From assembly GCF_001194135.2 (NCBI RefSeq), contig NC_068991.1:65069536-65112104 (forward strand): 42,569 nt of DNA. Reading direction: 5' to 3'. Source of the stretch: Octopus bimaculoides. Taxonomy: Eukaryota. The notes under the pieces were generated by a model that saw only the letters and a list, made by a program, of their open reading frames with translations, searched no databases and was not told the DNA's origin. The position numbers were made by a program, and so were the translations under genes. This document shows, one piece after another, positions 1 to 9,403 of this stretch. The stretch's first letter is position 1, and the number at the start of each line of letters is the position of its first letter.

Positions 1-45
<45 letters not shown>

Positions 46-461
46 ATTGAAATAAGAGCCATGACGCAATCCTATATATTGATAAAACTTGTTTATTATC
101 CTATGCACATTTCGATGCAAGATCCCGACTTACTCTTGTCTGAGATAAGAAATTAGGGCCTTCCATCCCTTCAGGGCCAAGTCACATTAATTCACAACAG
201 ACAACATTATTCTTTGTATATAAATTACATGTATATAGAGAAGCTTTTATTTCAATTGATATGCACCCAAAATTGTATCACCTATACGAAAGTCATATTT
301 AAACCAAGTATAAACAACTTTTTAAGTGGGAATTTTTGCTACTTTGGTAACAGTTACAATACTTATCTTACCAAAATATTTGGTAGATATTTAAATACGC
401 AAATAGATAGATAGATACGTGCATATATAAGCATATGCTTATGTATATATGTCTGTGTGTA

Positions 462-1315
462 TATGTGTGTGATGGGTAAATTGTCACCATTCAATATTTT
501 TAATTTTGCACATGTGCATTGTTCGTTTTTTAATTTTTTCAACACAGTATAGTAGGTTAAGTTGGGCACTATCTCTGTGCACAACAGCACCATGACACAA
601 TTCACTCTGCCAGAAATTTGAAAACGACATTCTGTACTGCTTACTCCAATACAAACATTTCAGAGTGTTTGGGTGTCAATCTGAGGACATGTACCGAGAG
701 TGATAAAAATCAAACATCCAGTCAACACCATGGTGTTTGGAGCGATCACTAGGGATGGTGACATTATGCCTCCATTCATCTTCCCACACAGCCTCACATT
801 CAACAGGGAGGCCTACATCAAATGCCTGGAGGAGATAGTGCTGCCCTGGGTCAAGAGGGTTGCTGCTGAAAGACCCCCATGTCTGGCAACAGGACTCTGC
901 ATCATGCCCCACAAGCAGGAGAACGCAGTCATGGATGTCAGACAATTTCTTCAACCACATCATTCCTAACATCTGGCCACCTAACTCCCCACATTGCAAC
1001 CCCCTTGATTATTATGTGTGGGGCACAGTTGAGCAAAAGACTAACAAAACTCTTTGTAACACCAAAGTTAAACTGGAGGCAAGGATTATGGTAACATTCA
1101 CCAACTTAAACAAGGAGACCATACACAAGAGTTGCGGGAGATTCTGAAATCATCCAGAGGCCATGGTTGAAGCCAATGGCGATTTTATTGAATAAATTTA
1201 CTCTTTAGTATTCCAAGATTTTTTAATGTAATTTTAGTAAATATATGTTAAAATTAGATGTTAGTATTATTTTCATTTTTGCATAATTTAGACAGTTTAT
1301 TCACTGCACCATGTA
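462..1315 (+). mobile_element. Internally deleted, frameshifted DD37D (maT) Tc1/mariner-superfamily transposon
   Basis: Transposase remnants: MTQFTLPEI start at 592, MVFGAITRDGDIMPPFIF, then WQQD-x37-D (QQDSASC...WPPNSPHCNPLDYYVWG, 37 residues counted) and EAMVEANGDFIE* at the end. Degenerate TIRs gtgtgatgggtaaattgtc / gacagtttattcactgcac, followed by TA near 1314. Confidence 0.88.
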
Positions 1316-1779
1316 TACGGTTTCTTTTTCAGTGAAGAGAATCTACACCAGAGTTATGTACCTTGCCAAAAAGTTCCATATGACAGCATTTAGCTGCATA
1401 ATTTTTTTGACTACTTCTTAAATGTTTAATTAGTAATATTTATGCCATTAGATCTGATCTATACCAGGACTGTTATTTCTATACTTCATTCCATTTATCC
1501 TACTTTCAGTGAAAGCCATTTAACTTATCAAACACAGCTGTTCCCTGATTTCACACCACAAAATCTTGCCAATACAGATCGTACAATGTATGGACATGGT
1601 AATGAATCTCATAGTTTACGTTTTCTTCTTTGCCTTTCATCAGTTCCCTCTTATCTAGACACACATAAGTTTTTGTTCAGAAAATCAAATCAAATAATTG
1701 TACGCAGAGAAATACTAACGATGGTTTACCTTGACATGAAAGAAAGTTACTATAAATTTGTAAAGGCACAAGCACTCTT

Positions 1780-2058
1780 TGCAACCATGCAGTTTGGGGT
1801 TCAGTCCCACTGCACAGCATCCTTGGTAGATAGAAATCATGTGCAAGCCCTTTGTGTGTGTCTTTGTCCCCCCACTCCAATCCACCACTTAACAAGTGGT
1901 GTTGGTTTGTTTACATCCCCATAACTTAGTGGTTCAGCAAAAAGTAACTGATAGACTAAATACCAGACTTAGAAAAGTAAGTAGTAGGGCCAGCTTGTTT
2001 GACTAAAAACACAGCATAACTGCAGTTCAATGACTGAAACATGACAAAAGACAAGAGA
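1780..2058 (+). mobile_element. Octopus tRNA-derived SINE (long family), degraded and internally deleted
   Basis: ggttcagtcccactgc head, gtttacatccccataacttagtggttcagcaaaa body and tgactgaaacatgacaaaagacaagag tail. Confidence 0.75.
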
Positions 2059-2093
2059 ACTCGTCCGTCTCGCCTCATGGCACACAATCTTAC

Positions 2094-2170
2094 CTTGTGT
2101 TACAAGTAAATTTACTTTGCTTAGGAAATCAAAACTCGCGAACAGCAGCAATGTCTGAACGCCATGTTAA
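2094..2170 (-). promoter_or_regulatory. Candidate promoter-proximal first exon of a downstream minus-strand gene
   Basis: Local CpG cluster (2062-2162), YY1-like AACATGGCG at 2160-2168 and a strong donor CAAG|GTAAGA at 2093. Confidence 0.35.
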
Positions 2171-3433
2171 CACAATCTCTCAAGTTCCTTTATACAACAA
2201 ACATAATCAAAGTAAAAAACAATACAGAAAAAAAAAAGACAAATTACTATTGAATAATGTATTTAGAAAAAATTATATAATTGATGTGTGACAGAAGCAC
2301 CTTTTCACAACCAGAGTATCCTTTGGTAGCTGATGTTTTGAAACTGGGTTTTATTTCACCAAAGGCCATAATTTATGCAGAAAATGTCTATTTGGGATAT
2401 TTACTGTTGTGTGTTTAAATTGTTTAATGTTAAGTCATTGTTTCATAGTTGAATAATAACAGTCAGGATATAATTTTCTTTTTTCATTTACAAATGAGGT
2501 GGGCTTGTTCCTTTTTCTTCTCTGAATAAAAGGTAGGAAGAAGTGGAAGGGGTTAAAAAGGATAAAATGGATGTGTGTGTGTGTGTGTGGTCCCTGTTAA
2601 AAGGGTTTGAAAAAAGGAAAATGGATGTGCATGGTGTCTGCTGTATTAAAATGAATAACTGCTCGTTATTTGTATAATAGCACCATTATGAAAATGCGTT
2701 GTTTTGTTTACTGTAAGGGGTTAAGTAACTTGACCTTCAGTACATTATTGTTGTTAATGGGAAGAATGAAAGGCTAAGCTGATTAACTGAAATTAGAAGT
2801 AAGGTAGAGAGAGTAGCAGCGAAGAAGATACTTCACAGCATTTACTCCATTTTGCCACAAAATCTTCCAGTAATGTCTGAACTAAAATGTATTTAATATA
2901 AAAAAAAAAAAAAAACTATACATATAAAATTAACACACATAGTGTGTATTTTATATATATATATATATATATATGTGTGTACATATATACATACATATAT
3001 ATGTGTGCATATACACACATATGCATATGTGTATGTATAAATAGAAAAGTAAATAATTTGACAGCAATAAATACAAATGAAAATAAAGTTATAGAAGAGT
3101 TACTGAACTCTACAAACAACAAACACTGAAATTGTAGAATTTCAGGGAAAAATGTTAGAATTTTGGTGTCTCTTGTTCAAGTAAAAATCACTGACAACAA
3201 AGAAATGAGTAAAAAATGGTTGTTTTAATTATTTACAAGGCAAATTTGATAAAATATTTGTTTCATTCAGTATTTCTTGCTCTTAAATTGACAAGAAAAT
3301 ATTTTGGAATGATAAAATTTTTTTTCTATTTTTTTTTTTTGTTTTTGGGGTGTGCATCTATGAAATTTTGATGTTAATTTTTTTTTTAACAACTTTCCTA
3401 ATGGATGGATAATTTAATCATTCTGTGGAATGT

Positions 3434-3439
3434 TTTATT
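3434..3439 (-). promoter_or_regulatory. Candidate proximal polyadenylation signal (AATAAA) of the WDR62/MAPKBP1 gene
   Basis: tttatt on the + strand, ~270 nt past the stop. A second AATAAA at 2350-2355 lies in repeat-poor U-rich sequence that looks like a longer 3' UTR. Confidence 0.4.
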
Positions 3440-3707
3440 ACATTTAAATTGATAATAATAATTATTATTAAATTTTCACATTTAGGTTCTTTAGTGACAT
3501 TCAATAAAGTTTGACAAAATACTCTACACATCAAAACATTTTAATGAGGGTGAAAATTCAATTTTATAAAATGCGAAGGCTGAGCTGTGGGAGTGTGTGT
3601 GTGTGTGTATGTGTTTATGGTTGCAAATAAAACTGGGAAATGGAAGCCATATTGAACACAGAAGCAACCATGATATGTGGAAGCAAAATGTTTCATTACT
3701 GCCTCAT

Positions 3708-4139
3708 TCAGTGACTATTTTTGTAGATCACTATTTGCAAAAAAGACAGAAAAAAGTTTCTCAGCATCGTTTGCACTTCACTTGGAACATTTCTGCCCAG
3801 CTTTTGCTCAATGAGATTGACTAAGGCAGCAGCCACCTCAGTCTGATCACTGCCCATTGTTATATCCGGTTCAGTAGGAGATGTATTCACAGCCTTATCA
3901 TCCATTGAAACAGCAGCTGTAGCTGTGGCTACATCAACAGAAGATGAAATAGCTTCTGTGCCAGGAAGAGGAGACTCTGGAAACAAAATTGGGGATGTAC
4001 TGATATCTCTCGTAGAGAGTTTATTTCCGGGCATCACAGACATTTTTGAAGTAAGTCCAGCCATTTTCTGTTCAGTTTCCTGGATAGCCTGACTCAACAA
4101 CGCCAAGATCTCTTGGGAGCTTTGTTCTGGGTTTGACAT
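3708..4139 (-). CDS. WDR62/MAPKBP1-family terminal coding exon (MSNPEQSSQEILALLSQAIQETEQKM...QTMLRNFFLSFLQIVIYKNSH*)
   Basis: Acceptor tattttgtcag|ATG in phase 0, stop TGA at 3708-3710. The helical segments at both ends resemble the family's C-terminal loop-helix dimerisation region. Confidence 0.85.
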   Translation of the reverse strand: MSNPEQSSQEILALLSQAIQETEQKMAGLTSKMSVMPGNKLSTRDISTSPILFPESPLPGTEAISSSVDVATATAAVSMDDKAVNTSPTEPDITMGSDQTEVAAALVNLIEQKLGRNVPSEVQTMLRNFFLSFLQIVIYKNSH

Positions 4140-4614
4140 CTGACAAAATAAATATATAATAAAATCAAAAGTTTAATACAAGTCAGAGCTAGTACAATAA
4201 TTTGGTTTAATCTCAGGGATATAACATGTTCTAAGCTATATAATCTTCATAAAAAATAAGTTGGAGTTAACAGAATCATATGGAAATTATACATCTTTTG
4301 TCCACCAGTAGCTACAGTGTATGCCACCCATGGCAGCCCTTGTATTTGCTAGTCTCCCTCCTAATCCATACCCTTATGCCCACAGCAGAACCCCACCGCT
4401 ACTACCACCAGCTGTACTACTGTTGGTCACCACTTTTCCCTCGATTAGCAAGCACTACTTATTCACGCATTTTCATAAATTTTGTCATTTGAAACAACAT
4501 TACCTAGATTATATCACACTTCTATTCACTTCTCAGTGCAACTTTTGAAAAGAAGCATTTTAATTCTATCATAGACTGAACGATTTCTGAATAAAGTAAA
4601 ATGGGACTAATATT

Positions 4615-4880
4615 GATTTCAAATTTTGGCACAAAGCCAGCAATTTCATGGGAAAGGGCAAGTTGATTATATCAACCCCAGTGCTCAACTAGTACTTATT
4701 TTATCGACCCTGAAAGGATGAAAGGCAAAGACAACCTTGGCAGAATTTAAACTCACAATGTAAAGATGGCGGTGCCCCAGCATGGCCACAGCTCATGAGC
4801 TGAAACTAGAGAGAATGAAAAATGGATGAAAAGCAGCTAAGCATTTTGCCCAGCATGCTAATGATTCTGCCAGCTCACTT
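4615..4880 (-). mobile_element. Short-family SINE
   Basis: tcgaccctgaaaggatgaaaggcaaag...aactcac...ctaagcattttgcccagcatgctaatgattctgccagctcac. Confidence 0.78.
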
Positions 4881-5891
4881 TCGTCTGTCTGCTATTTACA
4901 TTAACATTGACATGAAAGCCAAGACAATTACTGCCCCTTATGAACAAGAAAAAAAATGTATGTAACATTCAATCCTTCTGAAAAATAAAGTTACCATTGA
5001 AAAATTGAGATCAGTTTGGTCAATTATACACTCCTCCAAGTTCTATGTCCCAATGCCTATGTTAAGAACTTTTCAACTTTTTCAAGCTTTACTTGAAGTG
5101 AGAGAGATGCAGTCTCCAAGTGAATTTATTGAAAGGTGGGTGAATGTGGCTAAAATGGCAAGAGTGGATGGTATCATTTTGGGTATAGACCTGCAAGTCA
5201 AAAGAACAGGAATTGGAGAGGATACTTGGGCCTAGAGATCCTCCTATATCAGGGATATTACATCATTATCACCCCCACCCCTTTTTTTACAGTTGTAAAC
5301 TATGTATACTTTTGCTTTCATTCTTACTATATCCAGTATAGACCTTTTATTATTTTTTTTTTATCATTCCACTATGTAAAATCCCTATACTTTATGTCTC
5401 TACACTGACCCCTCATCTATCACCCTGGTGGCATATAACAGAAATCATTATTATTATTATTATTATTATTAGAGAGTACTGATTTCTTTACAATATTTGA
5501 GTATACTTTTCATATATAATGTATCACAAAAATAAGTATTAATCCATAAAAGTGCAAATGTATGCTATAAGAATTTCAATGCGATGGGGAGATAACTCTT
5601 CATAAAAACTTCGTCATACAATCTGATTGTAATGAATTGTAGTTTGGTCGGTTTCATTGAGTGAACTGTTCAAAGGACTCAAGTGATTACAACAGAAATA
5701 GAATTTTATGGTCTTCATGCCCCAGGATTCATCAAAAAGAGGAATCAACCCCTTGTACATCTAACAAAAGAAATTGCTATTGAAGATATCGTCTCTCCAT
5801 CTACAAACTTTAATATTAAATAATAAAAACCAGAGTTAAAAGCAATGATGATGATAATGATTATGATGATGCCAACCATAATTTAACTGAC

Positions 5892-5971
5892 CTTTTCATA
5901 CATCAGTGACAATTTATCAACATCCAGTTTCAAATCTTTTATGACATCCTTGCAAGCCTCCAGTTTATCAG
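5892..5971 (-). CDS. WDR62/MAPKBP1-family exon, first helix of the C-terminal helical domain (ADKLEACKDVIKDLKLDVDKLSLMYEK)
   Basis: Acceptor tttttctttctataatttcag and donor AAG|GTCAGT. 80 nt, phase 1 to 0. Amphipathic helix resembling the vertebrate LEQCEQLVAELRGSVRQAVRLY segment, from memory. Confidence 0.85.
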
Positions 5972-6091
5972 CTGAAATTATAGAAAGAAAAACTTTATAG
6001 TAGGACCAATATGTATGAGTGGTTAAACGATAGGAGATTGTGGGGTTCAAATCCCATTTCAGAAATATTTTTCTACCCTCCAAACCCCTAC

Positions 6092-6092
<1 letters not shown>

Positions 6093-6137
<45 letters not shown>
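6093..6137. repeat. Poly-A tract (poly-U in the pre-mRNA), ~120 nt upstream of the 5971 acceptor
   Basis: Direct inspection. Confidence 0.95.
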
Positions 6138-6140
<3 letters not shown>

Positions 6141-6560
6141 ACAAATGACTGAGCAAGTTATCTTGTCACTTTGAATTCCTTTCACCCCCATGAGTTATCA
6201 CTGCATACCTTCCTATTTTAACTACCTAAAAATGGAGCATTTCTTTAATTAAAGCATAGAAAGGGAGATTGTTCAAATCAATCAGCCAAATCTCCTTCAA
6301 TCCATGCACAGCCACCTTTAGAAAAAAAAACTCGAAAAACTGAGAAGGCACATTTCTGAATAATGTAGTCCAACGTACACTGTGCCTGAAAAGAGAACAA
6401 AAACAACAACAGCCAAGTTCCAGAAAATTATTTGATGATCATTCTCTAGTGAGTAAATTGCATTCTCACTAATGTTAACCCTCAAGTAAACACTGGTCTT
6501 TCCAAATGTTAAATAAGTAATTATGGTTAATCCTCTTAATTGCATTACTGAACCTACAGA

Positions 6561-6832
6561 CATGGGCCCGGGAACAGGGGGTGCAGGTGGTGCAAGCACA
6601 CCCCCTAGAATTTTTGAAGAGTGCAGAACCAAAATTTGCACCCCTACTTATTTTCCTCAGGTTTAGAAAACAGTGAATAAAAAGTGATGTGTAAAAAGTA
6701 GCTTGAAGTTAGGTTCCTTTTCAAAGAACAAAACACAAAAATAAATAACAGAAAAAAAAACAAGACCTTGTTTGTAAAAAAATTTGGACCTGGGTTTGCA
6801 CCCCCTAAGCAAATTTCGTTCCCGAGCCAGTG
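6561..6832. mobile_element. hAT-type MITE (272 bp)
   Basis: CA...TG ends with 15-bp TIRs CATGGGCCCGGGAAC / GTTCCCGAGCCAGTG (12/15 match). Subterminal AGGGGGTGCA / TGCACCCCCT. Perfect 8-bp TSD CCTACAGA at 6553-6560 and 6833-6840. Confidence 0.85.
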
Positions 6833-7057
6833 CCTACAGACTCAGTCTTCATCTGGTGATTCAAGGAAGAAGTATTACAACAGAATGGTTTTCACTTTCT
6901 GCATTATTTTACCAAACAGAAAAAACTTACAAGGTCACAAAACAGCCACAATTTTATTGTGCCACTACTAACTATAGTAGAGAATTACATATCACATTAC
7001 AGTACTGAACACAATACTATATGAACTTGGATGTTGACAAAGAAGTGTCTTGTTTAA

Positions 7058-7277
7058 CCCTTTCGTTACTGTATTTATTTTGAGATGCTCTGTGTTTCTT
7101 TCAATTACTTTCAATATAACAAAGAATTTAGTAAAACAACTTAGTTATCATTAAGCTAGTGTTAGGAACATAAATTGTGACTAAGGTTTGGTGGAAGATT
7201 TTAATTAAAAACTTATGAAAACAAGCCATTTGTACTCAGAGCCAGAGGCAGTTTCAGCCAGGTTGGTAACGAAAGGG
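7058..7277. mobile_element. piggyBac-type MITE, family A (220 bp)
   Basis: TTAA TSD on both sides (7054-7057, 7278-7281) and perfect 12-bp TIRs CCCTTTCGTTAC / GTAACGAAAGGG. Confidence 0.88.
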
Positions 7278-7599
7278 TTAAGGCATAATGCATAAGCAGT
7301 GACAAGATACAAACCACCAACTTACAGCAATTTGCCTGGTTGTACCTTTCTCATGAACTAAATGCAGTATATATTTTAAAGAGTGATGTGTGTGTGTTCA
7401 ACACGTCATCATTTTACATCCACTTTTCCATGATCACATGGATCAGATTTTCTCTGGCTGGATGCTCTTCCTGTTGCCAACCCTTACCTGTCTACAGGCA
7501 AAGTAATATTTTCCCTATTGCCAGGCATGTTTTTCATGGAAGACTGGAAACAACCTCACTTATATGACAATGATGCTCATTCACAACCATCACATGATG

Positions 7600-7765
7600 T
7601 ACAAGACAAGGGTACACACACAGGCTTCTTTCAGTTTTTGTGTACCAAATCACTCACAAGGCTTTGGTCAGTGAGAGGTTATAGCAGAAGACACTTGCCC
7701 AAGGTGTCATGCAGTGGGACTGAACCCAAGGCCACATGGTTGGGAAGCAGGTCATACCTGTGCCA
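7600..7765 (-). mobile_element. Long-family SINE, head fragment
   Basis: ggcttctttcagttt...gaagacacttgcccaaggtgtcatgcagtgggactgaaccc. Confidence 0.75.
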
Positions 7766-8684
7766 TGATGATGATGATGATGTGTATGTGTCCAACATTC
7801 AATTTGTAACACACCTGAATTGAAGGTAATTAAGTTCAGAACATTGAACATTTTCACTGATAAATCACAGCAAGTTGTCATCTCTGAAAGCATGTTGAAT
7901 AAATGAAGATACACACTGACAGAATAATAAACGGAATAACTTAAAGGTTTTACAACATTTGGAAAGAGAAATATTTGCAAGGAGTGGTGAATGAGAAATC
8001 ATAATATAAGGGATATTTATGACACACAGACGTGCGTGTGTGTATGTGTGTGAGAGAGAGAGAGTGTGTGTGTGTGTGGCAAATGGGGTGAGTTAAATAT
8101 AGATGTGCAAGGATACACAAAGTTTGTGCATAGCACTTACAAAGATCAGCATTCTGAAGTTGGTTTAAGACTAGCACAGCTATAATAACAATAACAACAG
8201 TTAAATGAAAATAATGTGACAAATTTGAACATAATGGTCAACAACATAAATTAAGTTGAAGTTAACAACTGAAAGAATCAATCCATGTTATTTAATCAGC
8301 AACAACTTTATTGGCATAAAGCATAAATCTATTACTGCCACAAATGTAATATCAAAACTAGCTTTCAACTGTTATATTTGGACAAACCATTTGAAATGGT
8401 GGGATATTTTATAAACATCTACATTTCAAGAATTTGAAAGTTAATCTCTGATACCATAATTATTTATAAGGTTCTCATCATAGAAAACAAAAGTAATGTT
8501 TTTAACAAAAATGATTAATAATCTTTATATATTTGTTTTGCAAGATTCTTGATGTGAAACCATGTGTTGAAACAAATATTGTATTTGGGGATGGTCATAT
8601 TGCCAGTTTAGCCAATAAAAACACACACACTATATATTTGATGTTAATTTGTTTCAGCTTTATATTACATTAATCTTAATCGTA

Positions 8685-8727
8685 TTTCGGCCAGAGTTCT
8701 TTCGTCACACTTCTGTGACCTCATCAG
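8685..8727 (-). ncRNA. Hammerhead-ribozyme-like core, probably a Penelope-like element remnant
   Basis: The minus strand reads CTGATGA-GGTC...GGCC-GAAA, i.e. the hammerhead core boxes around a pairable stem II. Stems I and III are degenerate. Confidence 0.55.
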
Positions 8728-9158
8728 TGGTCCTTTGCTTTCTTCTTTCTTATTTGTGTGTCCCTCCTTACTAACGATCAGCCATTTTGTATCAAAATGA
8801 TATAAGCAGGCTACAACAAGAGACTACCAAATAAAAAAGTAATGGAAATACAAACATTAAATGATGATGATGATGATGAAGTGTTATTAACCAGTCCTAA
8901 TACACACCTCTCATTGATTTATTGAATTGGAAGAAATACAAATTTGTATTTGATGATAAGCATTTGGTCAGCAAATGAATAATCAATATAGTTTAAATAG
9001 TAATGATATAGACAATAGCTACTGCATACAATAAAGCTACACGTTCGATTAGACAACAATTATATATTAGTTCTTTGATTTCGATATAACAGACCATTCT
9101 AGAGCACTCCACTTCAGATCATTTACAAAACAAGTTATAATTAAATATAAATAGTTAC

Positions 9159-9280
9159 CTTTAGACGGTATATCCCAAGACTGGGGGCTATTCTTTAAGG
9201 GCAACTGTAACTGAGGACTCTCTGATTTTGGAGACACAGGAACAGATTCCATTGGTGTTGTAAGAGCAACATTAGCAGGC
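9159..9280 (-). CDS. WDR62/MAPKBP1-family exon (RPANVALTTPMESVPVSPKSESPQLQLPLKNSPQSWDIPSK)
   Basis: Acceptor tcttgtttccatataaaag and donor AAG|GTAACT. 122 nt, phase 2 to 1, after a 123-nt intron. Confidence 0.85.
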
Positions 9281-9403
9281 CTTTTATATGGAAACAAGAC
9301 AAAACATTAAAAAAAGGTTAGTGAAAAGAATAGATAAATTCATACATAAAATAGATATTTGCTGAAGCTGTTGCAATATTTTTTTTTTAAGAAGATGACT
9401 TAC

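Noticed and set aside
5093-5190. Exon-like segment with a good acceptor (ttcttttgacttgcag)
   Set aside because: The nearest donor gives a length that is not a multiple of three inside a phase 0-0 intron, so it would shift the frame of the terminal exon.
5660-5823. Plus-strand open stretch TQVITTEIEFYGLHAPGFIKKRNQPLVHLTKEIAIEDIVSPSTNFNIK*
   Set aside because: It is short, has an upstream in-frame stop, no start or clear acceptor and no recognisable homology; possibly a TE relic.
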